Below are positions 24,197-36,650 of a DNA stretch of 64,000 bases, in pieces. The notes below the pieces were generated by a model. That model was not told where the DNA came from. It did no database searches and was given only the letters and a program-made list of their open reading frames with translations. Source of the DNA: Eledone cirrhosa. Taxonomy: Eukaryota. The position numbers and the translations under genes are program-made. The stretch's first letter is position 1. The number at the start of each line of letters is the position of its first letter. The stretch spans positions 69,130,001-69,194,000 of the forward strand of contig OZ024744.1 of NCBI GenBank assembly GCA_964016885.1, written 5' to 3'.

Positions 24197-25058
24197 TCTC
24201 TCTTTCTCTTAATTTCGAGTATATTTTTGACCGGCCACCTTCCTGGTGGCAAGGTTGTAAAAGAAAAGAAATTGTCATCCGTTGAATCACAGGAATGTTT
24301 TGCAAACTTTGAAGGTGCCAGCTATCGCAGCCATTTGTAGACTATGAATTAGGGAGCTGCGCTCTTTGTCCGCAAATCCAAGTTCAGTTATACATTGGTC
24401 CAAGCCGATTAGTATATAACCCGTAGCTACAATAATGATGGGTACGAAGCTAAAGGTGTATCTTGGATACTGGATTTGTAAACACCTCACAAATGGTCCG
24501 TAGATGTCCTCCTTCTCCTGTACTTTTCTGATAACTTTTACATCAAGTGGGCAGCTGATCTCTACAACAGAACACGTTTTCAATCTGTGGTCCCAAGCAA
24601 CAATATCAGGCCGGTTGTGCTTTAATTTGGTGCCATTTTTTATTTTAAGGTTCCACCAGTATTCCTTAGTGCCATCTGTCTCAATATATTCTTCCTCGTT
24701 TGTTTTTAATATTGTTTTCCGAAGTGCGTTCCAGATGTTTCTAGCTATCCCATCGTGATTCATGGGGAGGTAGTAGCTAGATGACATTCTTTCGCGGCTG
24801 GCAAAAATGTGGCTTACATCTTCGATATTTATTTTACAAAGCCTACATTTATTGTCAGCTGATGGCCCTTCTCTTTTGCGCAGCAGATATTTGGTAAGGA
24901 GTTCTTGTATTGCATAGAGATATCCCTCAAGCTGTGATGTCATAAACTTGTCGGAACTCCATGCCAGGCATTTTGAGTGGTTTATCCGATCTATGGTCTG
25001 TGTTTTACCTCTCAAGTATCCATGCATAATTTTTCCTGTAACTTGGTCAATTTTTTTA
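24197..25058 (-). mobile_element. R4/Dong-like family 1, older diverged 5'-truncated copy
   Basis: ORF 24287..25189 has CRLC and RPDIV. Confidence 0.9.
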
Positions 25059-25145
25059 TGTATGTATCTACGTATGTATGTATGTATGTATGTATGTATG
25101 TATGTATGTATGTATGTATGTATGTATGTATGTATGTATGTATGT

Positions 25146-25450
25146 TTTCTCTTTCTCTTAATTTCGAGTATATTTTTTTGACCGGCCAACTTCCTGGAGA
25201 CAAGGTTGTAAAAGAAAAGAAATTGTCATCCCTTGAATCGCAAGAATGTTTTGCAAATTTTGAAGGTGCCAGCTATCGTAGGTGCCATTTGTAGACTATG
25301 AATTAGGGAGCTGCGCTTTTTGTCCGCAAATCCAAGTCCAGTCATACTTTGGTCTAAGCGGGTTGGTATAAAACCCGTAGCACCAATAATGATGGGTATG
25401 AAGCTAAAGGTGTATCTTGGATACTGGATTTGTAAACTCCTCATCAATGG
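25146..25450 (-). mobile_element. R4/Dong-like family 1, short 3' fragment
   Basis: C-terminus FKICKTFLRFKG plus the shared 3' UTR. Confidence 0.88.
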
Positions 25451-25514
25451 TATGTGTGTATATATGTATGTATGTATGTGTGTATGTATGTATATATGTA
25501 TGTATGTGTGTATG

Positions 25515-26098
25515 TACCATGTATCTCAGTACAACCTCCCCCATGGTCGTGTCGTTGGCGACTAAACTAGCAACCCCACCAAGGTTTCTTGGTGAGGTGG
25601 ATGACTTTGGACATCCTGCAGGACTAAAAACAAAACCTGTCAAATGGCAAAGGAGCTCTTAAGAGTCAATGGCCATACAAAATCACCGGGAGAGATGACC
25701 CCTTAGCCTTTGTCAAGGAATTCTAGGAGAAGGAAAACTCTGATATAACACCTGCAACCCTGATGGTATCCAATGACGTTGACTTGTTCTTCTTTTTGGT
25801 AAATATCATCTTGGTTAAGAGAGTGGGACTGGCTTTGTGCAGTGCATTTGCTCACTATAAAAGCTTCACGGCGCAGGCATTGCTTTATATCTGGAGATCT
25901 CTCTGCACTTGTCGTCATAAGGTACCATGGGCCCAGCACTATGTGTCAATAATTGTCACAAGTGTAGTGTCTGTACCAGAGTTTTCAAGTCGCTGGCTGG
26001 ACTAAAAAGTCACACTCGTTCAGCGCATCGGTAGGGATTCTCGTACATGGATATAAAGTAGTGGCCGTACTCGAAAACGAGTTGGCAGCCACCACCAT
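25515..26098 (+). mobile_element. RTE-derived element, copy 7
   Basis: Consensus match. Confidence 0.85.
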
Positions 26099-26138
26099 GT
26101 ATGTACGTATGTATGCATGTATGTATGTATTTATGTAT

Positions 26139-28297
26139 GTTCTTCTGGTTTTATAATTTCACAAATTTGTCCCCAATAGAGAGAGATTCGTCTCTAACAT
26201 AGATAGAAGACTCTCTCTTTGGAATTTACACATCAACTAGGTAGATATATATGCATGTCTGCATGCATGCATGTGTATATATGGATGTTATTGTATGTGT
26301 CTATGTGGTATGTTTTGAGTTGTATGTGTGCATGTGTGTATGCTTTTTATCTGTACATGTGTATATGCAGTTATTATATGCAAACTTTTTGGAATGTTTT
26401 ACATATTTTTACTGTTCCATTAATGAATTGTACTTGTAATTTCCTAACTAGTTGTGTTCTTTCTGTTCCTGTGAAGCCCAGCTTCTCAAGATTTGTATTG
26501 GAGCAGTTACTAACATACCCCAGTGTCCCAATAATCACAGGCATAAATCTGAAGGTGTAATCAGGGTGGAGTATTTGCAGATTTCTCATCAGTTCTGCAA
26601 AGATATTCTCCTTTTCGCTAATCTTTGTTTTTTTATTGTCATCTGCTGGGCAGTTAACTTCCACTTCGATGCATGCCTTCTTTTCCCTGTCCCATATCAT
26701 ATCTGGTCTGTTATGCCTTCATTTCATTGGGGTTTTTACTGGAACATTCCACCAGTACTCTTTCATATTATGTACATGGAAGTCTTCCACATTGATGTAG
26801 TGTTTAATGTGTTGTGAATCAGGTATTTCGTGTTAATCTCCTGTTCTTGGATTGGAAAAACGTTTCCTCCAACGTGGGAGCCAATATAGCGGTTGTTGGT
26901 CCAAGATCAACTAATTTCCTTATCTATATTACTCTCACTCTGGAGCTTCCTGGTAACATATCCATGCATGATTTTTTGCTGATAAGCATGCAGTTTTTCA
27001 TTTATGGATTCACTGCGATACTGCTGAGCGACTTCCCTGGGTGTGAGTTTTTGATTATCACAGGGAATATCTCTCGAGGAGTTCCTTCCCAACTCTCATG
27101 ATCTTATCTATTTCATGCAGATAGATTGCTCGAAAGATGGGCTCCTACGCTTCGAGGTTCGTAGATGTTGTCGAAGGGATATGATGCGACTTTCAAATGC
27201 TGTCCGGACTGATGGTAGGCCTCTGCCTCCCTGCTTACGTTTCAAGTAAAGGCGGTCTATGTCACTGTTGATGTGGAAATAACCGGTGTTATTTAGTATT
27301 TTTTGGATTTCGTCTATCGTCCAATTGAGTATTCCAAACGTTGGTGTTAGGACAGGCACAGCAAACACATTGTGAGTCACTGTTTTGTTTTGCGCAGAGA
27401 GTTCCGATGACCAAATCTTTCTTAATCGGGTGCAGTATTCCCTGGTTACGCGTTCTTTATTACAGATACCATTATAGGATATGTTCTCTGGTGTCACTAG
27501 CAGTTCTCATCAGATATCGGTGAAACAGTTAGGCCATTGATGTCAATGTTGCTAGATTGGGTTGTTGCCTTTCTCCGCTTTACAGTCATGTATGAGCATT
27601 TATCTTGGCCAAACTCCATTCCTATATCCTTTGAGAACGTTGTAACCAGGTCAAGATTTTTCTTCATCCCATCCATGTTCTTGACATAGAGTTTCAGATC
27701 ATCTACAAAGAAATTATGGGTTAGGTTCGTATTTCTGTCCTCCTGTGAGCCAATGATGTATACCTCACATTTCTTGAGCAGAAAGGACAAGGGGTTTATT
27801 GACAGGATGAATAATATCCCAGAGGGACTCTCCCCTTAAAATATACCCCTGCAATATTTTATTTCATCAGTGAAAATAGAGTCCCCTCTCTGTGTCTTTA
27901 ACCTTAGGATAGTAGCCCAAGAAGAAGATAGCCTCTCTAAGGCTCTGACAATAATGTCTGGGACTTTAGCAAGTTGGAGGGCCTCTATCATCCAAGAGTG
28001 GGGAACAGAATCGAAAGCTTTCCTGTAGTCCAGCCAGACTGTATCCATATTCCTCCTAAGTTGTTGCACTTCCGACATCGCAGTTTTGTTGATTAGGATT
28101 TGTTCAGCACATCCCATACCCCTTTCTTTCCTGCTGCTTATTCATCTGTGATGATGTTATTATTTTCACAGTGATCTTGGAGGAATAGGTCCAGACAGGC
28201 TGTATACATCTTATACATCAGGTTCTGGCATGCAATGGGTCGGTAGTTTTTTGCCAAGTGGGTGTCTTTGTTCTTGCGGACCAGTAATGTTTGTGAT
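26139..28297 (-). mobile_element. R4/Dong-like family 2, RT + RLE, 5'-truncated and frameshifted
   Basis: NYRPIACQN, WLDYRKAFDSVPH, FFVDDLKLY, DRLYLKRKQGGRGL and an RLE tail. Confidence 0.92.
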
Positions 28298-28378
28298 GTA
28301 TGTATGTATGTATGTATGTATGTATGTATGTATGTATGTATGTATGTATGTATGTATGTATGTATGTATCTACGTATG

Positions 28379-31300
28379 TCTCTTTCTCTTAATTTCGTGT
28401 ATATTTTTTTGACCGGCCACCTTCCTGGTGGCAAGGTTGTAAAAGAAAAGAAATTGTCATCCCTTGAATCGCAAGAATGTTTTGCAAATTTTGAAGGTGC
28501 CAGCTATCGCAGCCATTTGTAGACTATGAATTAGGGAGCTGCACTTTTTGTCCGCAAATCCAAGTTCAGTCATACTTTGGTCCAAGCGGGTTGGTATATA
28601 ACCCGTAGCACCAATAATGATGGGTATGAAGCTAAAGGTGTATCTTGGATACTGGATTTGTAAACTCCTCATCAATGGTCCGTAGATGTCCTCCTGCTCC
28701 TGTATTTTTCTGACAACGTTTACATCAAGTGGGCAGCTGATCTCCACAACAGAACACGTTTTCAATGTGTGGTCCCAAACTACAATATCAGGCCGGTTGT
28801 GCTTTAATTTGGTGGCAGTTTTTATTTTCAGGTTCCACCAGTATTCCTTAGTGCCATCTGTCTCAATATATTCTTCCTCGTTTGTTGTTAATTTCGTTTT
28901 CCGAAGTGCGTTCCAGATGGTTCTAGCTATCCCATCGTGTCTCATGGGGAGGTAGTAGCGAGATGACATTCTTTCGCAGCTGGCGATAATGTGGCTTACA
29001 TCCTCGATCTTTGTTTTACATAGCCTACATTTATTGTCAGCTGCTGGCCCTCCCCTTTTGTGCAGGAGATATTTGGTAGGGAGTTCTTGTTCCTCTATTG
29101 CATAGAGATATCCCTCAAGGTGTGATGTCATAAACTTGTCGGAACTCCATGCCAGGCTTTTTGAGTGGTTTATCCCCTCTATGGTCTGTGTTTTATGTCT
29201 CAAGTATCCATGCACAACATTTTCTGTAAAATGGTCAGTTTTTCATCTTGTTTGAACATTAAATAGGATCTTCCGATTTCTCTGGGTGAGAGATTTATAT
29301 CAAGCTTTATTCCATATCTCTCCTCCCGATCAGTCGCTATTCTAATGATGTTTTTTTTTCATGCTCATAAACCTGGGCAAGATGGTTGCCAACCTTTTTC
29401 CTCTGTTGAAGGTGTTGCTTCAGTGTTACTATCCGGGTCTCATATGTTGTTAATATTGATTTTAGACCCCGGCCACCTTCCTTGCGTGAGAAGTATAGCC
29501 TATCCACATCACCATTGATGTTAAAGTTCCCAGTAACACTGAGAAGTTTGCGAGTTCTAACATCCATCTCACTTAGTTCTTGCAATGACCAGTTCAGCAG
29601 GCCAAATGTTGGCGTTAGAATTGGCACAGCATAAGTATTGTGGGCAATGTATTTGTTGTACGCTGACAGTTCTGATGACCATATTTTCTTTACTCTTCTG
29701 AGGTATTCAGTTCTGGTTCTCTCCTTCTTTATGGGTCCATCATATCTGACATTCTCATCCTGTCCAAGATATCTGTAGTTGTCACCTGACTGTAGAGGTT
29801 GTATTGTCAGGCCGTTCATCTCTAGATTTCTAGAGGAGGGCACAGCTCTTCCACGTTTTACTGCCAAATATGCACACTTGTACTCACCAAATTTCATTTT
29901 GATGTCTGTTGAAAATTGTGTAATGAGGTCCAATTGTTTCTTGATGTCATTAATATTTGGCCCATACAACTTCAGGTAATTCAACAAAGAAAAGATGGGA
30001 GATACTTCTGGACCCACTTCTTTGTCCACCTTGTTTCCTGAGTAGGTAAGATAGTGGATTTAGTGAGAGAACGAAGAGTAGCACTGACAAGCTATCACCC
30101 TGAAAGATGCCCTTCTGGTAATGTATCCTATCAGTCTCAACTTGCTCCTTCTCACCTCTAAGGATCAAATTGGTGTACCAGTTCTTGGTCAGGCGTTCAA
30201 CAGCAGCTACCAATGGTTGTGGGACTTTGGCTAACTGTAAAGCCTTAATAATCCACCCATGAGGTACACTATCAAATGCTTTTTGATAGTCCAGCCACAC
30301 GACAGTCATGTTTCTGCGATTCTTTGTTGTTTTTTCCTGAATCATTTTATTAGTTAGTAGGTGATCTATGCAACCCCACACCTCCCTCTTTCCACCAGCT
30401 TGCTCAGGTGTTATGATGTTGTTGGTAGCACAGTGATCCTGTAAGAACAGGTTAAGGCACCCAGTATATAATTTATACATGATGTTTTGGCAGGCTATTG
30501 GGCGGTAATTTTTAGCAAGGGTGGATTGGCTATTTTGGGGAATGAGGAGAGTAGTGGCAGTTGATAACCATCTGGGCAGTTCTTGTGTGCCTTTAATCGT
30601 TTCTGTAAACAACCGTATGAGATCTTGCCGATAGAAAGTGAAATTCTTCAACCAGTATCCTGTAATGAGGTCTGGGCCTGGTGATTTCCTATTCGACATT
30701 TTCTGTAGAGCTGTTTCCAGTATTGACCCATCTATGTCATATTGTTTTGTCTGGACATGTTGGCAGTAGTCCTGTTCCAGTTCTTTTAGGCAATTAGTTT
30801 GTCTGTTTAATCCGTCATCCGTTTCCCATACAGATCTCCACTAGCTCTCAACCTGTTCTTTTGCAAGGGTGTCATTTACAGGGATTGAGCTTTTGCCACC
30901 GAAGCTGCGATAAACTGATTTAGGATCTCTGGCAAACAATCTATTTAGCACTTGTCGTTTATGTGCTGTTGACTTATATTTTAGTCTTTCTGTTGTACCT
31001 GTGATTTGTTGTTTCAACTGGTGTAATTTGGAGTTCAAAGTTTTAAATTTTGTATCTGCAATCGTCTCTCTAACTTTTTTTTTAGGTCTTCCTGGTGTCG
31101 TGTGAAGTTGCTCTCTATGTTGCATTTCATAACGACTGCGATGTGTGAGATACTTCGTCTCAGGGACAAAATTTTGCTTTTTAAATTTCGCATCCACGCT
31201 GGTTCAGGCTTTTTGTTTGTATCGTGATTGCGTGGTTTTAGATGTGTGTTATATGATAGCAATGTGACAGCTGAAACATATAACAACATATTAAGCCTTT

Positions 31301-32590
31301 CAAATGTCGTTTCTACACCTTTAGATCGTATAGCCTTCAGATAATTGCCAGCTATTTCGTTCACCGCTTCCAATTCCAATTTAGTGGGTTCTTTACTGAT
31401 TCTGGTGTTGTATGGTCTGTCACTCACATTAAGGCTGTGTATCTCTTGAAACATATCATTCCATATCACTTGTAGGGTGCCCACAAGTTTTTGGTGTTCT
31501 GTTTGTACAGTAGAGTCATGTATTTCAGCCTCGTTGTTGATGTAATTACTACTAGAGTTAGCTGACCTTTCTCGCTGTTCTTCAGTGGAAGTGGGATGGA
31601 TTTCAGCAAAATTGTTGGTGAGCTGTTCACTGTTAGATTTAGCTGGCCATTCTCTTTGTCTGTCAGTGGAGGTGGGGTGGTTGTCTACAAGGGCTGTATT
31701 TGTAGTATCACTCGATTCCGTTAGATGTATCAATTTACATCTAATGATACGTTTTGCCTGTTCATTTAGATGCTTTGGAGAAAAGTCTAATTCTGGGTGT
31801 TTGGAGTTCCATAAAGTTGTTAGCCTTTGCATAAAACCGAACTTTTTGGGTTCAGATTGTTTGTATGCTTCATATAATTCTTTGTTAAACTCGTAGCTCC
31901 ACTGTATACAACGGTTGTAGTTGCGATTTGTTTCGAAGGAGACTTGTACGTTTTGCCATGATGAGTTCGTCTCTTCACTAATATTTCGTATTTATTTTTC
32001 AAAATAGTCGATGATCTTCTTTAAAAGTTTCGACAAAGTTCTGTCAGAATCAAATTTAAAGTTATTCACAGCCTGGGTAATATTTCTTTTAAGTTAGTTT
32101 TTAATTCTACAACTGTGTTTTAAACGTGGTTCTTGAATCGTTTGAATCGAGAACAAAAAGAACCGTTACTTAGTATATTTCTTTATGAATGTAATATAAC
32201 AACGCTGTATTTATATGTTAAAGTTTATGTATCATTCATATAAATAGGTGTTCTACAACTTATTCACAACATATTCACAGTTCAAACACCTATGTTTTTG
32301 TTTCTGAATCGAAAACGTTACTTGTATATTTCTTTATAAATGTAATATAACAACGTTGCATTTATATGTTAAAGTGTATGTATCGTTCATATATCATAAA
32401 TGTATGTATCGTTCATATAAATAGGTGTTTTACAACACACTTACAATTCAAACACTTATGTAAAATTATTGTATGTAATCTTACCGCGTAATGTAGCTCA
32501 ACTTTTTCCAATATATGTTATGTTGCCTTCATGTAAGCCGTAATTACACACGTCCGATTATCGGACACTGACCACAACGGTCGCCATTAC
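28379..32590 (-). mobile_element. Apparently full-length (~4.2 kb) R4/Dong-like family 1 element, frameshifted single ORF (~32000 to 28457)
   Basis: N-terminus WSYEFNKELY...GFMQRLTTLW; KSPGPD; NYRPIAC; WLDYQKAFDSVPH; GIFQGDSLS; YRYLG; GGRGL; CCHC and RLE. AT-rich 5' UTR. (TATG)n on both sides. Confidence 0.92.
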
Positions 32591-32684
32591 ATGTATGTAT
32601 GTATGTATGTATGTATGTATGTATGTATGTATGTATGTATGTATGTATGTATGTATGTATGTATGTATGTATGTATGTCTCTAC

Positions 32685-32715
<31 letters not shown>

Positions 32716-32744
32716 TGTATGTATGTATGTATGTATGTATGTAT

Positions 32745-32949
32745 GTCAGGTCGCTCTCGAGTGCTACTGGTAACATGTAACCCAGTACAACCTGTCTCAT
32801 GGTCGGATCGTCGGTGATTAAACCGGCAACCCCACCAAGTTAGCTTGGTGAGGGGGGTGATATTTGGACACCCGGCGGGATGAAATACTTGACCCAGTAA
32901 ATGGCGGAGGAATTCAGCAGAGTCAACAATGGCCAGCCAAATAGTAGTT

Positions 32950-32985
<36 letters not shown>

Positions 32986-33305
32986 TCTTTCACCTGGGAG
33001 TGAAAAGCCCTAAGTTGTTGTCACAACACCTTTCTAGGAGGGGGAAACTCTGAAAACAAACCTGTGGCTTCGGAAGCATCCGATGTTGTTGACCAGTTCT
33101 CCTTTTCGGGTAGTGTTTTCGATGCTCAGAAAGTGGTTTTGTTGAGTGCAAAGCCTTTCCCCACTTAAAAAACCTACAAAGCACAGGCATTGCTTGTCCA
33201 GGATCTGTTACAGGTTCATGAGGCTGGCCGTAGCCTAAAAGTGCACCATTTTCTGTAATCTGACAAGCGATTGCAATACTCTTAACAGAATTGGCAGCCA
33301 TCATG
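32745..33305 (+). mobile_element. RTE-derived non-autonomous element, subfamily B
   Basis: Homologous 5' leader and ...ttggcagccatcatgtat end, with a divergent middle. Confidence 0.75.
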
Positions 33306-33359
33306 TATATATGTCTTGTATGTATGTATGCATCTATGTATGTATATATGTATCACTGA

Positions 33360-33842
33360 TGTTGACAACCCAACCATGCACAGGTTGTACTACGTTACAT
33401 GTTACCAGTAGTGCTGAAGCTTGCTTAGTGAGGAGGGTGATTTTGGACACCCTGCGAGGTGAAAAACGAGACCCTTAAATGGGCCGAAAAACTCAGGAGA
33501 GTCAACGGCCATCGAATACAGTTTGTGTGTGTGTGGGTGTGGAGCAAGAAACTCCTATTCTTCATTAAGAACTCTCTCTGGGAGAAGGTCACTCCGATAT
33601 AAAACCTGCCACTTCGTTTGCATACAGTGATATAGACCAGTTCTACCTTTCATGTTCAGAGAGTGGGATTGGTGCCGTGCAAAGCCTTTCCTCGCTTAAA
33701 AAAGCTTCAAAAACAAACATCTCTCGCTATGTGAAATTTTTTGCGATACATGGTATTGCTGGGCATAGGCAAGTCGCTAGCAGCAATAAAAAGCCACGTC
33801 CACCATGCTCATACTTGAAATCGAGTGGTAGCCATCATGCAT
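33360..33842 (+). mobile_element. RTE-derived element, diverged, with an inverted 5' leader piece
   Basis: ~33375-33413 is the reverse complement of the leader; the rest is in sense orientation. Confidence 0.65.
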
Positions 33843-33844
33843 GC

Positions 33845-33903
<59 letters not shown>

Positions 33904-34009
33904 GGGGGGGGGGTCTATGTATGTACATACATATCTACATACGTATGTGCTTACTCCTAAATCACCCTTCAGAGATCGATAAGGGATAAGAAGTTTCTTG
34001 TATCAACAC

Positions 34010-35320
34010 CATACAGGCCTGTCAAAGATGCTCTGGCAGAGACTTAACGGTGGAATCTCTCCATCTATGGTTGAATTGTTTGCAGGAATCTCTAAATATA
34101 GAAGTGAAAATTTAATGAGTTGCCTTACGTCTTTGATTCAAAATATTAGGGCTGAAGAAATAGTACCACAGGAATAGAAGGATACCCTCATGGCTGTACT
34201 GTATAAGGAGAAGAGAGGAAAGGATGACTGTAGAAACTATAGAGGAATAGTGCTGTTGTCAGTGGCGGGAAAGGTTCTGTATAGTATTCTGCTTGACAGA
34301 CATATGTCAATCTTTGCTGACGATTTTTATTTTCAGAATCACAATGCAGTTTTAGACGAAAAGAGGCACAGTGGACATGATGTTTTCCGCTATACAGCTT
34401 CATGAAAAGTGTTTGTAATAAAAAGTAGATCAGTTTCAAGTGTTCATTGACCTGACAAATGACCTCTCAGAGAAACTCTATGGAAAATACTTGGAAAGAT
34501 TACCCAGACAAATTTTTGGCAATCCTGCGTCAATTTCAGGATAATATGAAAGCATGGGGGAATATTGGGGGAAGTGTGTCGAGACCTTTTGCTGTAAGGT
34601 ATGGCGTCAAACAGGGCGACATAACAGCATCAACACTGATTTCATTGTTCTTTGCAGTGCTATTTAGTTTATTGGCATTTAAAGACTATCGACATGGAAT
34701 TATACATCAGGTTTCATAAATATGGGAAGCTTTGTTGCCAATACGAAGGTTATGTATTCACTGCTGAAATAATTTCTGTACGCATTTGACTGAAATCGTT
34801 TAACCCACTGACAGGAAGATAGGCAGCACCTAGTAGACTCCTTCAGCAGTGCATGTTCTTCACTTTGTTAAACAATCAGCTTGAAACAAACTGCGGCCAA
34901 GTACCAGCCACCACCCAGAAGACCATATGTAGAGCCAGATGTAAGAGTGTATGATCAGAAATTCCGAGTAGTCGATAGGTTTTAGAAGTAACTTAAATGT
35001 ACCATGCAGCCCTGACAATGAAATATCATCAAAAATCACCAAAGCTAGTGATGCCCCTGGGAAGTGGGAAAAGTGACTATGGTCCCAGTGCGGTATCTCT
35101 ATAGATACTGAAGTTAAAGTCTGCGTGACTTGTGTATTGTCATGTGTGCTGTACGCTTGTGAGACGTGGGTTACTTACTGGAAGTATCTAAAACAGTTGT
35201 AGTGCCTTGTCGAATCTACACTGGAGTATATATGTGAGTCATGTTGAAGTCCTTGAAAGAAGTCACTATCAAAGTGCCGTGTCGATTATCTTGTAACACT
35301 GTCGACGGGTGGGCCATGCA
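34010..35320 (+). pseudogene. Old RTE-clade RT relic
   Basis: KDDCRNYRGIVLLSVAGKVL, GVKQGDI and LYACETW; collinear with the RTE at 42.3-43.9 kb. Confidence 0.85.
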
Positions 35321-35524
35321 GGAAATTTTATTTTAAGTGGCAGCATTTCTGTGAAAATTAATTTTCTTTAGACATTAAAAAACATTATACATGACAAAAA
35401 AAGAACATTACAAGAAATCCCATGTTATAAAATAAATTTGACAACGTAGAAAGATTATCGATTTTCCAACTCCCACCTCCGCTTATTCCAACCCAACCCC
35501 TCCTATTATTTTTGGAGATTAATG

Positions 35525-35562
<38 letters not shown>

Positions 35563-35596
35563 TATTAATAAAATAGATGTTCTTTTGATCAATTAC

Positions 35597-35650
35597 ATTT
35601 TATTATACATATTTCGGATGTACAACAGTACGTCCTCATCAGACAAAATA
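35597..35650 (-). ncRNA. Minimal type I hammerhead ribozyme
   Basis: attttgt-CTGATGA-ggacgtactgttgtacatcc-GAAA-tatgta-TA-ataaaat. Confidence 0.75.
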
Positions 35651-35811
35651 TGATACATGACATACCCTGAAATGTTAAAGAACAACTATTTTATTAATAC
35701 TTATATTTTAATATTAATAACTCCTGAAAATTAATTTCCGTTGAGTGCTGCCAATCTACCGTAAAACTCATTCTTTGACATAATCATCGAATATTGTTTA
35801 ACAACTTAATA

Positions 35812-35880
<69 letters not shown>

Positions 35881-35969
35881 CAGATTAAAGTTTAAGCAAA
35901 GAATCGCTGGTTTCACCCTTAACGGGATCTTATATTTGATATACATATTATCCTTATCGAGCCCTCTTT

Positions 35970-36012
<43 letters not shown>

Positions 36013-36099
36013 ACTCTCCCGTCGATATCCGACGTATGAGTGTCCAACAAAAGTTAAATGTGAGAAAGTGAACTAATGTTGACCTACTCACACAAAGTT

Positions 36100-36405
36100 T
36101 TGTTTTAAATGGTGAAGGTTTGTGTAGGACCAACCACACTTTTTGGAATTGTCCTCACATATCTTCGGTGCAAATGTTTGCCACGGAAAATACATCGACA
36201 GCCCTCAGCTATTTGGATGGCCGTTGACTCTGCTGAGTTGCTCTGCCCTTTGCCGGGACTTGTATTTGATCCTGCAGAGTGTCCAAATATCACCCTCCTC
36301 ACGAAGCAAGCTTGGTGGCGTTGCCTGTTTAGTCGCCGACGATCCGACCATGAGACAGGTTGTACTGGGTTACATGTTACCAGTAGCACTTGAGAGCGAC
36401 CTGGC
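36100..36405 (-). mobile_element. RTE-type 5' leader/UTR fragment (subfamily C)
   Basis: Homologous to the leader of the 32745 element. Confidence 0.7.
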
Positions 36406-36496
36406 GTATATATATATACACGCACATAAGTAATGGTATGTATTTATGTTTTGTCTTCTAGATTGAGGCTTCAGAATATATTTTGACCTGTCATTT

Positions 36497-36650
36497 GCGG
36501 CGAATTGGCAGAGTCGTTAGAACATCAGATAGAATGCGTTACGGTATTCGTTCCAGTTCTCTGCTCTCTGAGTTCAAATCTCACCGAGGACAACTTTGCT
36601 TTTCATCCTTTCGAGGTGGATGAAAGAGTACCAATCTACCAGTGGGATCG
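36497..36650 (+). mobile_element. Diverged tRNA-like SINE
   Basis: gagttcaaatc...tttcatcctttcgagg core. Confidence 0.75.

Noticed and set aside
17300-26100. CRISPR-like or cassette-like alternation of repeats and inserts
   Set aside because: The spacers are variable-length microsatellites, the inserts are retroelement copies, and there are no cas or integrase genes.
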